A stretch of 64,000 nt of DNA. It comes from Botryllus schlosseri. Its lineage: Eukaryota. Below, one piece after another: positions 26,101 to 35,642 of this stretch. The notes under the pieces were generated by a model, which saw only the letters and a list, made by a program, of their open reading frames with translations, had not been told where the DNA came from and searched no databases. Within the stretch, counting starts at the first letter, position 1. Each line of letters opens with the position of its first letter. The stretch lies in NCBI GenBank assembly GCA_051294905.1, contig CM119371.1, positions 10,728,001-10,792,000 of the forward strand. Reading direction: 5' to 3'. Both the position numbers and the translations under genes were made by a program.

Positions 26101-29100
26101 GCACGAAGCGCAACAAAATTTCTGGGCTTCATTTGACTTTTATGGATATTAAATGTTGGTACATCGTGAAAACACCCCCGACACTCCTCAGGCTATCTTT
26201 CGTATTAGGGAATTAAACTACTTCTACTTGACAAACTGAAAATAGCTGAAAGTAAGTAAGTAAGTAGAACACAAAATATTAGGAAGTAGAAGTAGAAGTA
26301 GAGAAAATCAGATCTACTTGAGTAAATACCAGAAGTAGAGTAAAAATACTTGAGTACTTCCAAAATGTAGAAGTACTTCGTTACTGACCACCTCTGCTCT
26401 TTCGAGACGTTTTGTTGGGGTTTGTGGAAAAATGAAAAGTTGGAGAACGTCAAACAGAGTGACTTCGAAATGTTTGCAAAGCATTTCAGATTTGAAGTTG
26501 TCAGTCGTTTCAAATTGAAATTCCTGGATTTTTGACGAAACCTGTCCCAACGAAGGGATTGGAACCTCGACCTGAAATCCATTTTATCCGGTGATAGACA
26601 TAACCACTATTCTGAAATAACTTCCAGATGAGATGGCGGATAAAAATGACTCAACTGAACGATATATGTTCATTAGAAACTATGTTTCTCTATTTTGATG
26701 GCATATATGTTTCGATCACACCTAAAGGTGTCGTCGGAAGAGTTACGCGTTTTAATAATCGTCACCACCTATCGTTGTGGAAATGGATTTTCGTCACTCG
26801 TTCATAGCAAATCGAATACGTGGATTTTCAAGACAATAAATACAGCAGCAAATTTCGCTTCAGAATAATAATTGTCTACCCAATTTGTACATATAGTATG
26901 ATGTTATTTTCAAGAAAAGTCATGACGTGGCTGTTTATCGCATGCCTATAGCTAACGTTCGCACAATACAGTTTAACGATTTAACGGTAAACGATAATAG
27001 GGCTAATTTTGAACGAAAACTTGCGGGAATCTGCGGTGGTCCGTGACGATCCAAAAAGGGTCCACAAAGGGAAAGGGTAGAGAACCACTGCTCTAGAGCA
27101 TATGGTGGTTATCAAGCTATAGTCAAGATACACTAAAATGCGTCGTATAATACACTCTAAATTTCATTGGCGTTTATGAGACGGAAAACAAAACGCCAAA
27201 AGTGAGTCGATTTTTACCGCCTGATTGCGTTTCATATTGCGTGTCACGCTTTTTTGCGTTTTAGGTAACGCTGTCGTGTTTAATATTGCCACAGAGCTCG
27301 AAATGAAAACAACTAACCCTGACGTGTTCAACAATGACGCAGAACTTGAAATGAAACGAATTTTATTGCAAAAAGCACCAACTCATTTGAAACATAGGTG
27401 CAACGTGCAATGACATTACAAACGTTACGCGGACAGATGATGAGCAAGCGACATAATTGGATTTCTAGAATTATATAGTTGTCCGAGTCTGTCTATACCA
27501 TTGGATATTCTGAATTCTCACAAACAGGCCTCATGGTATTTTTTTCAAATTCAACGTACTTTGCCGATTTGAAAAAGTCGTTTTTGTCGTCCCCGATAAG
27601 TATCTTTTGAATAAATCCGACGATCGTAAATGATTTTGGATACTTAAGGTCCCAGGCATAGTAACAAGACATCAGGTCAATGACCATGTCTGGGATTCCT
27701 TGATCTTTTGTGCAGGGTATAGTGATTTCATCCACCAACACCCACTCCTGATGAACTCCCGACTCATGGATGGCGATAAGTAGGTGCGGTGGGTCCAGTT
27801 TTAGGCATTTCAACTTTAACATCATGTGCCTAAAACATAAGAATGTATAAGTCATTCAATAATGCGGTTATTATTATCTGTTGTCAAAATATCAAATCAT
27901 GACCACCATTACCAAACTAGATTGCTGAGGGACTGGCTAGCAAGAATAGAACTTGGAGATCTGACTTATTTACACACAGTTAACACTAATTGATCGCACG
28001 CTAAGAGTAACATCAGTGACGGAATACTTTCACTTTTTCCATATACTCAAGAAGGTCCTGCCTTGGGCATTAGTCACAAAGATGCACCTTGCAATTGAAA
28101 AGGTTTGTGAAATTTACGGCATTTCCTCCACTCTACTGTTGTAGCATGGCTGACTACTTGGACCACATCTGGACAGCCCTCTCACCCACAATACTCAGCA
28201 ACATATCATGGCTCAAAATTTTTAACCTATAATTACCTGCTGGACGGCAATAGCGAGCAACTTTGATGTTGATTTTAAGCGCTTATCCGTCAATTCTTTT
28301 TGGAGGAATAGGAGACCTTTCACCTCCTTACTTTCATCTTCTTCCTGGAAAATATCATTTTAATAATGTCATGATTAGGTCACGTGCATATCTCCATGTA
28401 TCTTAATGGATTACTTGGTAAATACAATTGTAATAAGTTGAAATATTAGCTACGGTTTTCTTGACTTGATCTAAATCAGAGGATCACAAACTTTTTAGAC
28501 CAGCGATTCCCAACTGCGACTCTGACTCTCAGAGCCGCATGCGTCTTACATTAACTTTACTTTTACTGCTGATAGACTTCTACAGATATTTGTCGGCGAC
28601 GAGCTCTTGCACATATTACTAGCGTCTAGATAACGGCTAATGGCGAAGCGTAAATAGCAGTAAGTTTTATACTAATCCGTGTAGATTACCTGGCAAACTT
28701 TTTCATGTGTAATTATGAAGAGCTACAATGTAATTCCATAGGTGGAAAATAGGCAAATTATACCGATTTCATCCACATCGCTGGGTTTAAATCAGGTTAG
28801 TTTGACACAGGGTTGTAATGACTCAAGTCCGATTCGAGTTACAATTTTCTGATGACTTGAGTCATTTTCTCAAAATACGGAAATGACTCGACTTGAGTCA
28901 ATCTGTGTATTGACTCGACTTGGACTCGAGTCATTGCGCATACTCGAACCAGGTCACATGACTCGAGACTTAACCGGCCAAGACTTCATTGTAATTTTGG
29001 AGAATAGCAAAGTAATTACACCATTCGGGTTTTGTCTATTGGTATTGGTACTTGAAAATGTGACTAGAAAGTGTTAAAAGTGGGGAAAATTAGTATATTA

Positions 29101-32100
29101 TAAATGCGAACCATTCGATATCAACAAACAGGTATAAAAATTGGGTTTAACAAGATCTCAACTGGAAACTCAGCAGTCAAAACAATGACTTGGACTCAGA
29201 CTAGAGTCATAATACCATGACTCGGACTCCATCCTCTGCTCGATGACTTGGACTTGACTCGGTGGTGAATTGAAAATGACTCGACTTGACTCGAGTCAAA
29301 ACTATAAAAGTGTGATTTACATGTGACACGGTTACAACCCTGGTTTGACATGTATACCAGTTGTACTTTTCTGCCCCCTTCTTTCAAAATCATCCCTTAG
29401 GGGGTTCCACTTTGATATAAAATTCTAAATGATAGTCAAATAATGCTGCAAAAAACAGTAGGTAGGTGAATGATAAATGATCTAGTATACGGTACTGACC
29501 GTTTCTCCAGACATTGCACCGATCATTGTATCCACGGTGGAAAGCATAGTGCGGTAGCGCTGTATGATTTTTGCTGCCGAGCACGATGTCAAAAGCTTGA
29601 ATTCTTCTCGGATCTGAACATTGAAAAAGGGCATTACTGTGTTATCATCAGTTATCACTCGGGCAAGTTTTTGCAACTTTTGCAACTTTTTTTACAGCTT
29701 CCAACAGCTTCGCAGATACTCATAATCTACGTACCATGGTGTTTTAAGCTGTTTGGAGAGATTTTATAGTGCAACTTTTCTCTATTTTTATAGCCAATTT
29801 TTTCTGCAACTTTTATCAAATATTGCGTAAAAATGTAAAGGAGTGATTTAGTAACCATGCCATAAACTATTTTTACTATTGTTCTACTCCCTTCAGTTTG
29901 CATAACGAAGAGCCATATGATAGGTTAGCTGCATCTCAGTGTTATCTATGACACAACTGAGAGAAGTTCAACTCCCCCTGCCAAGCACAACGTTGCCCGA
30001 ATAATATGTAAATAGATCGCTTTATTTATTCTGTCGTTTAAATTTGAAAGTTTTCCCATTTCACGAACGCCCAGGCGAGACCGCTGAAAATTACATTTCC
30101 ACTGGGTCCACTTCTTCTGGTATTCCCGCATTGCATAATTTTCTTGCTGTGTGCCGGGATAAAATGTAATTTTGGGCGGTTTCGTCAGACCGCCAAATAG
30201 CGAAATAACAAATTTGACAGCTGTTCAGGAACTAGGTTATACAACTGAGCCTTTTGAGTATCTCGTACCTTAATAATTCAACAAAAATTTTAAATTCAAC
30301 TCTTTTTACTGCAACTTTTGTCAAAATTAAATGCAACTTTCTCGGGATTTTAGTGCAACAAAAACTTGCCCTAGTTATCACGTAATCACTGAAAATGAGA
30401 GAAACTTGAGCACATTCTTTCCAAGAGTTAACATACTCACTATTTTCACATTGAAAAGATGTGGAAATTTCCTTAGTATTTCTCGCACACTTTGTGTTGT
30501 CATTTCTGCCAATACATCGCGACGCGAGCGATGCAATTTTCGAAACAGAACGCTGATCTTTGCCCAGTCCGGAGAATGTTTTGTATACTTTTTCATCAGA
30601 CTTGCTTCGTTCCCAAACTCTGTTTGGTCAATGCCTTGAGGAAATATTACCCAAGGGTTACGAAAACAGGGAACTGATTCAGACTATGATAGATGCTACC
30701 TTCGATTGTATATAATGGTATCTTGATCATGTTCTTTTTCCTGTGACGAATGTTTCGTATCCTCATTTTCCCGTGACGAATGTTTCGTATCTTTTGTGAG
30801 GGTTTTTTCGAGAAATGTGTCTGTAATTGAGAAACTCGTTAAATGACTATAGGTCGAGAAACTTGTAATATACACTTACCCAGTGCTTACGCCCAATAAA
30901 TTGCAGGCATGTATACTTTTGACAAAGCAGTCTCGAGAATTCGGAATCTTCTCCTTTGGATGTCATATCACCTTGTGATAAGACATGGTATGCACTGCAC
31001 TCCTCCACAACCGCATTTATACAATGGGCAACTCTTCCATGTTGCAATGCGGATGCAACATGGGCACTGAATTTGGGTAATGTCATTTTCTTGCTGGTAG
31101 TTGCAATTCCGGATTCACGACTTCCTGGATTTGTTTGAACTTCTTCCGCCTAAAATGTGATAGTACTCAATTTATGCAAGCATTCGATGGAATATAGTTC
31201 TGCAAATGTTCACACCGAAACGCAAGTTCTTGATGTAGGCAAGACAGGCGAGTACTCCGTACTAACTTCTCTTTCCATCTGAGTGAGTTCACTTTTCTGT
31301 AAAATATACTTCCATGTAAAGGTGAATGCAATAATTACTTTAATAATTTCTACACACATCAAGAGCTTGTGATCGAGAAGTCATTGGATGTTCAAAATCA
31401 CTATTTGGAGCATAAACATGGGATACTACATTGATCTCGCTGTGTTCGATAGACGTCAACCACTTCTGCAAGACAAGATTAGATGATAAATATCACTCCC
31501 TTTCTACAATGGAAAATTCGTAGCTACGAATATGGAAACAATATACTCACATCTCTCAGGCTCATCAAACGACGCATGATACCCACTTTGAAATTCATTT
31601 TAATAAAATCATCATCCACCAGTAATCCAAAAGCCGAGCTACATACTTCATTTTCTGAAAGAAATTGCATACTGTTTAGTCCCAAACGTATGAAATAATA
31701 ATCACATCAATAGCTTTAGCAGGACAACCTTCAAAAGCACCACACCTGATCAACATTCTTGCTAATAATATACTGTGTGTCACCAATTTTGTGACTGATT
31801 TGTGGCCATGGAAAGGTGAACTCAGAAAATGTGCAGAACTCAACAGCATCACTACTTTCTACGGCAAATGCATGGAATTTGGACTCGAAATGCAATACAT
31901 TGAAGCGGCGGTATATGTAAAATATACTCCCCGGTGCTTGTACAAACGTTTCAACGCAATTGAATTCAGGGTAGCTGTTTTGACAAGAACCTACACCAGT
32001 CTTTACAGTACATTACACCAGAACAGCACATAAAACAAAATAAGTACAAATAAAAAGATTTACATGGTGGTGGGAACCTTGAATCACAGGCTGAGAATTC

Positions 32101-33457
32101 TTGATAGATATATACTTGGATGCAGAACAAGAAATTACACAAATATTTTCGGCATTATCGTTACACTGCTCGTAAAATGTATAAATAAGTATGCACGTTG
32201 ATGCAAGTATCATATGATGCAACGTTACCGGTACAATCAAAATTGAAGAACAGCTGTAGGCTGTGCCATCTGTATCTAAAGCGTACAATCCACCGAGAAA
32301 CATTGCTGCACGTTAGCAAATAATAGTCGAGCTGTATACATGTAAAACAGCGCTATTTGTCATAACCTTGTCAAAGAGAACCTACCTTAATAGCTTTCTA
32401 TGATTTGCGTGATCGATATACTTAACACTTACCGTTCAATAAGTCCACGTGTCTCTGCTCTATACCGTGTCCTAGCAAAAAATCGGCCAATTTTAAATCC
32501 ATGGCGTCCAACTACGAATAACTCCTGCAGCCAACTTCACTCAACGGAAAATTTTGTGAACGTTCTCACTCTTCCCGCGATTGTCACACCATCGAGCGTG
32601 CGATACCACAACGTTTGTGACGTAATATTACGAGAAGAGGAAAATGAGGAATGAGCTCGATTTAGCTCACCTTTATGTCACTCATGCGAAAGCAGACGTC
32701 GCTCTCTCTCTATGCCGGTGTTTACTTCACACTCACGCATCTCGAGAGATGGAAAAAAGTCATATTGTGTTTTAATGTAACGCTTGGAATTTAGAGTGTA
32801 CCGCCACGAATGTATGTTTCTTTTTAAATTCATACATAATATTGCAATGAATTTTGATTCGTAATGATCGTGCTATACTTGTTAATTTTCAACTTCTATT
32901 TCGCTGACATTCGCAAGCCGCTATAAACAGCAATGTGATACACGCAGGCCATAGATCCCAAACCTTTTTCTAAAAAAGACCTGATTCTATCCACACCTGG
33001 TAGTATATATCACATTATAATAAATCGCGATCGAATTTTACCCACACAGCGAAATGTAACACATTTTCATTACCGTTTACAGCGTGAGCAGCATGTCGCC
33101 CGAATATGCCTGTATGGGAGGAATTTCCAATGATATCAGCGAGAATGGCACATGCGGAGATTTCGCAGGTCGGCAGTCTGTACTACTTGTAAATGAGCTA
33201 ATTCCATAGACGTGATATAGCCCGTCGTATGTAAAAATGTTAATTCCTGATAGGTTGGAACGGAAGATCGCAAGGTGCCGAATATGGAAGAGGTTTGTCT
33301 GAGAGTGTTACAAATCTTATAATGTTATGAAGATCATTCTCTTTACACAATTTCAGGTCGTTGTTACCGAGGCTGGACGGAGATTCCATGTGATTCCAAT
33401 GGATTCAGCCATCCATCATCCGATTTGTCGTCGACTATCTTAATATTCTATCGTTGA
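2102..33457 (+). CDS. Intelectin-like (fibrinogen-related X-type lectin) gene, multi-exon, 5'-partial, with a large internal insertion
   Basis: GT-AG exons 2102-2193, 4643-4805, 7892-8040, 14071-14229, 17893-17948, 20041-20146, 20208-20363, 20592-20775 (uncertain), 20856-20983, 21043-21134, 22298-22469, 33083-33168, 33357-33457. Intelectin motifs: NW..FG...DDYKN; DVMLWHVP..LRYRT..FL..YG.NL; VPVTFDKG..AG.LQF..YNN...NAICPG; E..CMGG..CGDF; terminal LIFYR-stop. Phases join except at 20363/20592. Confidence 0.85.
2258..3494 (+). mobile_element. hAT-type non-autonomous element with subterminal AGTA/CTACTT repeats
   Basis: TIR CAGAG(T/G)TG(A/G)TCA, 8-bp TSD ATTAGTAT (2250-2257, 3495-3502); inverted sister copy at 25114-26396. 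Confidence 0.85.
4643..4805 (+). CDS. Intelectin-like exon (ASDVMLWHVP...LRYRTANKFLGRYGANLRNLFRDHFPLKPVT)
   Basis: tttcag acceptor, gtgaat donor; in phase with the previous exon; resembles intelectin DLGIWHVPN...LRYRT..GFL..LG.NL...YPVK. Confidence 0.88.
5271..6503. mobile_element. hAT (Buster/Charlie-type) non-autonomous element
   Basis: TIR CAGGGGTTCTCA, 8-bp TSD AACTAGAT (5263-5270, 6504-6511), subterminal GGCCCAC repeats. Confidence 0.88.
7892..8040 (+). CDS. Exon of intelectin-like gene, start of the non-canonical insertion
   Basis: ttgtag acceptor, gtgagt donor; phase 1 to 0, open and compatible with both neighbours. Confidence 0.7.
8719..8754 (-). other. LINE 3'-terminal stem-loop
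   Basis: Minus strand GTGGCGC-AAATAACCATCATCGGTTGAAA-GCGCCAC: 7-bp outer stem plus AACC/GGTT inner stem just before the (TAA)n tail. Confidence 0.65.
8799..12527 (-). CDS. LINE ORF2 polyprotein: AP endonuclease, reverse transcriptase, RNase H, C-terminal CCHC motif (1242 aa, uninterrupted)
   Basis: QWNCRG, LQETHL, GDFNSHH, LDL, GSDH (APE); FRPISLTS, QSGFR, FLDIERAYD, GTPQGSVISP, YADD (RT); YTDGSK, ELLAI, LSD, WIPGHVGIPGNEIAD (RNase H); CSLC...H...C. Confidence 0.97.
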   Translation of the reverse strand: MYTSALLILQWNCRGIYRKLFEFKHYINNLATPPDVIALQETHLIEKYSPRLSGYTLYRNDRSAHSGGIAFFVSNRINSSTNQIVTASQIDALAIIAGGLQICNIYIPPHYQPREQDFSFLRNLSSKALILGDFNSHHLSWSTFTNRRGDILSDAIDKYGLVLLNSSIPTRVNISSNAVNRWSLLDLSLASSDIASKCHTSVSDQLLGSDHCIVHTEYRKRITRKSTKRQPWSLRRANWAAFSSHVDSNLAEYQNSNIDDTNEFITKAIISASTNSIPRSKHTSKNPVPWWNSECDRAVRRKRAAFLKMKRTFCLNHVIAFKKLRADCRRTILSAKREGWESFCTSLNRNTNLSKVWGVVRSMSGGSASEATRVFTPNNLSLLDDKSIADRLGLYFARVSSSDTYSESFLLHRDLMVGPAPDTRPLQPVDPINVPFNPEELLDAIQSRRNSSPGDDDLCYAMLQNLSATALNHILEHFNSIWHDGLVPEAWKKAIVIPLLKHGKDPGVPESFRPISLTSHLCKIMEAMVTNRLRWYLEERGLLHTSQSGFRHGRTTLDHILPLHDTVYKALNSQRSVIAVFLDIERAYDMMWREGMLYKLAQLGITGRIYSWISSFLTNRTFQVRIGSTLSDTYILENGTPQGSVISPLLFSIMLNDLPSVIQCDHGLYADDCAVWESSLSIPNLLSSIQTSLNSIFEWCCNWGFSISMSKSVAKLFTRKRKVGSLSLTIGGREVSFVEKCKYLGVVFDKTLSYRHHIDHVIEKCTKRLNLIRLLSGTHWGASKQSLLVLYRSLIRPVIDYGLPAYGFGVKSQVDRIQVLQNRALRICCGAMRSTPICILQASCKEMPVQVRHKHLSLNYRCHVMSRPPGTHPAEGLMLDSWQEIDYLLNPRRRSFNTFTKCFFTDLNVNRYQWSALPPWTVHHLRVDRNLVSILDRQGVRDHSQRHICLDYVSDIYNSATEIYTDGSKFADCAGFAAYIPDHQTVIKRRCSKLLSSFTLELLAILFALRWIVERGQPSNYAILSDCLSGLQHIRERSLSCQPGIQREITSLNHQATNIGASIHYVWIPGHVGIPGNEIADAHAKAAASDESPASEFNIDTPTKDARVLILEHCRQLWNNDYIRDQKGAFFKQLPNTIFNRLPDTNDRHYDRILFRLRSGHCRPNSHLFKIGCVDSPLCSLCCVPDTVSHLLMECRKFEFHRRFLIAHCANENVAFSVQNLLTLNCLTIPVIEFILSCELFL
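13518..13860 (+). pseudogene. hAT transposase N-terminal fragment (TTF-type zinc finger, ZMYM1-like)
   Basis: GPYQP...RAFS...WLTYS...LFCFYCLLF...W...G...K.L...H..S..H; similarity ends after the last His and the frame runs into the right TIR, so there is no catalytic domain. Confidence 0.85.
14071..14229 (+). CDS. Exon of intelectin-like gene (insertion region)
   Basis: catag acceptor, gtaatt donor, 159 nt open, phase 0 to 0. Confidence 0.68.
16957..17231 (-). mobile_element. tRNA-derived SINE
   Basis: Minus-strand head with Pol III box A (TAGAGCAGTGG), box B (GGTTCGAGTCC) and a GCA anticodon-like loop; (CAAA)n tail; sister copies near 47305-47580 and 49100-49292. Confidence 0.8.
17893..17948 (+). 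CDS. Exon of intelectin-like gene (VTFRSDEGTRSIRYGIEH)
   Basis: ttcag acceptor, gtaagt donor; phase 0 to 2 fits flanking exons. Confidence 0.7.
18040..18513. repeat. Long foldback inverted repeat (arms about 210 bp, spacer about 55 bp), probable palindromic MITE
   Basis: CAATTGAATAGTAT...GTACACGAACTCCTT is mirrored by AAGAAGTTCGTGTAC...ATACTATTCAATTG with scattered substitutions. Confidence 0.9.
18587..19416. mobile_element. hAT-type MITE (TAGGG termini)
   Basis: TIR TAGGGCGGTTTTTTTT, 8-bp TSD GTAATAAC; diverged copy at about 33539-34350. Confidence 0.88.
19460..19960. mobile_element. hAT-type MITE with GACTCG repeats
   Basis: CAGGGTTGTAA...TTACAGCCCTG; same family as 28808-29342 and 50982-51523; TSD not conserved here. 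Confidence 0.75.
20041..21134 (+). CDS. Cluster of short-intron exons of the intelectin-like gene insertion region
   Basis: Exons 20041-20146, 20208-20363, 20592-20775?, 20856-20983, 21043-21134. All are open with GT-AG ends; one phase conflict at 20363/20592. Confidence 0.55.
22298..22469 (+). CDS. Intelectin-like exon (WRYADPLVVPVTFDKGSEESVLESAPENMTKYIDAGNLQFTSYNNYGFPNAICPGV)
   Basis: Resembles intelectin GPVIPVVYDFGD...[24 protein letters not shown]; gtaggt donor; alternative in-frame acceptor at 22280. Confidence 0.88.
22672..23071. mobile_element. hAT-type MITE with AGAGGAC repeats
   Basis: TIR TAGGCTTACCATA, 8-bp TSD CCTAATAT; related remnants near 21265-21460 and 58580-58965. Confidence 0.85.
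24858..27090. mobile_element. Buster-type MITE interrupted by a younger hAT MITE
   Basis: CAGTGGTTCT...AGAACCACTG ends; an uninterrupted partial relative at about 49327-49800 shows the empty site. Confidence 0.7.
25114..26396 (-). mobile_element. hAT-type element, inverted sister of 2258-3494
   Basis: TIR CAGAGGTGGTCA, TSD CTCTTTAG/CTCTTTCG (1 mismatch), colinear similarity to the 2258-3494 copy. Confidence 0.85.
28808..29342. mobile_element. hAT-type MITE nested in the CACTA-like element
   Basis: TIR CAGGGTTGTAA, perfect 8-bp TSD GTTTGACA. Confidence 0.88.
29659..30373. mobile_element. hAT-type MITE nested in the CACTA-like element
   Basis: TIR T(C/A)GGGCAAGTTTTTG, perfect 8-bp TSD GTTATCAC, subterminal GCAACTTTT repeats. 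Confidence 0.82.
33083..33168 (+). CDS. Intelectin-like exon (VSSMSPEYACMGGISNDISENGTCGDFA)
   Basis: Resembles intelectin CNTEHHCIGGGG...QCGDFS; phase 2 to 1 fits neighbours. Confidence 0.85.
33357..33457 (+). CDS. Last coding exon of the intelectin-like gene (...SSDLSSTILIFYR-stop)
   Basis: tttcag acceptor; ends LIFYR-TGA, like the intelectin LLFYR C-terminus. Confidence 0.88.
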
Positions 33458-33538
33458 CAATGAACGGAGCACTTTTCTGGATTTCCCGCGACAATACGCA
33501 GATATACTTGAGATCATTCCGACTTCATGTGTTATCGC

Positions 33539-34350
33539 AAGGGCGATTTTTGGCCTGAAAAAAACGGAATATTCTGACCTAAAAAATCAAAATTTGACAT
33601 TTTTCATCTTTAAAAACCTAATTTGACCAAATTTTACCCAGCGTATGCATATTAGGTGTTTTCCCACAAAATGTTAGAATTCTATTGCTTATCATGATTT
33701 CTGGTTCGAACTGTCTGTCTTTACGAAGTAGCTCCATCTTCTTGACCCAAAATCTGAGAATTTTTTCTTGGAAAATCTTTATTTTAACGAAATCTGGCCC
33801 TATGAAGAAGAGTAGTTACATCAATTGACAATTGTTATGGTAGAAATAATTATTATCTGTTGTAGTACAATGAAAGATACTTTCCTACATTCGCGGAAAG
33901 AAAGTGTCAGTCCTGACTAAGTAGCTTGCCAAGAATGGAGAAAGAACGTAAAGAACGTTCAACAGTAGCCGTTGTTGGCTAACAACACTGAGGTTTTGCG
34001 TACACTGCTGGTGACACACCGTGTTGCTTCATTTTGACAATAGTGTGTACACTTTACATCACAATTTTTCATCATGCGCTTCTTGATATAGGAACCATGC
34101 AATGCCCACGCAGTCCTGCTTCGGTTATGATATTGCGATGCATTGAGCATAATACCAACCCATTTGTTTTATTTGAATGTTTATGATTTATAATGAGCAG
34201 ACAATGGGCATCTGCAACGGTAGGCCTATAGAGTAGGCTACAAGCTGTATATTGTGAAATGATATCTTTCCCGACAGTGAAAAATCTACGGTACAAACGA
34301 AATGCAGGCTGTAACAAAATTTTGACTATGTTTACAATTTTGACATTTAT
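33539..34350 (+). mobile_element. Diverged, truncated copy of MITE 18587-19416
   Basis: Colinear similarity, e.g. ATTAGGTGTTTTCCCACA, AACGAAATCTGGCCCTATGAAGAA, ACATCACAATTTTTCATCATGCGCTTCTTGATATA. Confidence 0.8.
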
Positions 34351-35642
34351 TTATTTTTTCTTGAAAACAAAACTATTCGCTGAAATGTATAAAATAATTC
34401 CATTTCCGGAACAACACAACATAATTCCCTGTGAGAAAGCTGACTACCTTGTTGACGTTTGTCGCTCTCCTGTTCAAATATGTGGAACCATGTCTCATTG
34501 ATTTCAAATTCTCAATACAACTATCCAGAGCAGGCGTGTCAAAGCCAGCAATGCAATGCTGAGTGGAATTCTTGAAGATATTGAAATTAGTCATTACATT
34601 ATGGCCACAGTCGGTGATGCCTTTGGGCATATTTCCTCCAGTATTGTATTATTGGTTCGTGTTCTTTACAGTATTCCCCTTAATTTCGTTGTTATGTTAT
34701 TGTGTTCATCGATTGGGAATAATTATTAGCGCTTTGTCGTATCGCCATGTCGCTCGATTCCTATTTGCCGGAAGGAAGAACGAGAAAGGTGTATCTCACT
34801 CTCTTGTGATTAAAACTAATTACCGAAAAATGGCGACGTGCGCACTTGGACGACTATCGAAAGAATGTTTTGTTGGCGAGATTGCATGAAACCAATCTTT
34901 TGAACACGTGCAATCCATTGCAGGCAGGTGGGATAATCTCCGTGAAGTGTGCGGCTTGAATCGTTTTATACGCGGAAAATCCTAATCTAATGTTGCATCA
35001 TGCGATAACTTGCAAAATACAGCAACATAACATCCACGTCATTGTATTAGTTTGCCGCTGCAGGATGCTTTCCTTTGCAAACACTCCCGTTTCCGCTACG
35101 TCACATAGTACATCTAATCACACGGTGAAGTAACAGGATGTCTTGCTATCGTTATATGATGCATGGCAACCATCTATGATTCAATGTGTGTGCTGGAAGA
35201 TCAATGCAGATAACGATGTGATATTGTATGAAATTATGTACCTGAGGCACATTTGTTAACAGAACAAGGCAATAAATGTTGAAGGTTTTCAGACATTTTT
35301 CACTTACAATATCGTATTATACTTGACGGACTGTTAGCACCGTACCCTAACCCCCAATTAGGTATCAAGACCGATGTCGACTCAAAATTATTTCGCAATT
35401 CTACGCGGATTAATTCTACATTATATACACCTTCGCACTTCACGTGATCTGGCGTCATTAGATTTCTTGATTTTAATGTGAGTGCACCGCCAACAATAAT
35501 AAAAATATTAGTAAAATACAATTTAAAATAAAATTTAAAAATTCGCACAATTTACAGCAAGTCTAACTGTATTTGCCATTGTGACAGAACGTTAGGTCAA
35601 AATCCATGGGGTTCCTTTGAGATCTGTGGGGATGCTTTAGTG

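Larger units (their letters stand above)
27493..32502 (-). pseudogene. SAM-domain (SAMD3-like) transposon accessory gene, spliced, probably damaged
   Basis: Exons 32433-32502 (MDLKLADFLLGHGIEQRHVDLLN), 31551-31654 (NEVCSSAFGLLVDDDFIKMNFKVGIMRRL, SAM-like), 30880-31149, parts near 30455-30820 and 28236-28346, and a last exon with LMSCYYAWDLKYP...FIQ. There is a local duplication at 30743/30773 and a probable frameshift near 27795. Confidence 0.65.
27153..32798 (-). mobile_element. CACTA/EnSpm-like (CMC) non-autonomous DNA transposon
   Basis: TIR CACTCTAAATT(T/C)CA, 2-bp TA duplication, and an internal spliced SAMD3-like accessory gene; no transposase seen. Confidence 0.75.

Noticed and set aside
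28820..29300. CRISPR-like array of GACTCGA repeats
   Set aside because: These are irregular short subterminal repeats inside a TIR/TSD-bounded MITE in eukaryotic DNA, with no repeat-spacer periodicity.
34400..35230. Possible decayed coding or transposase sequence
   Set aside because: Only a weak C-I-I-like hint on the minus strand with many stops; not supportable.
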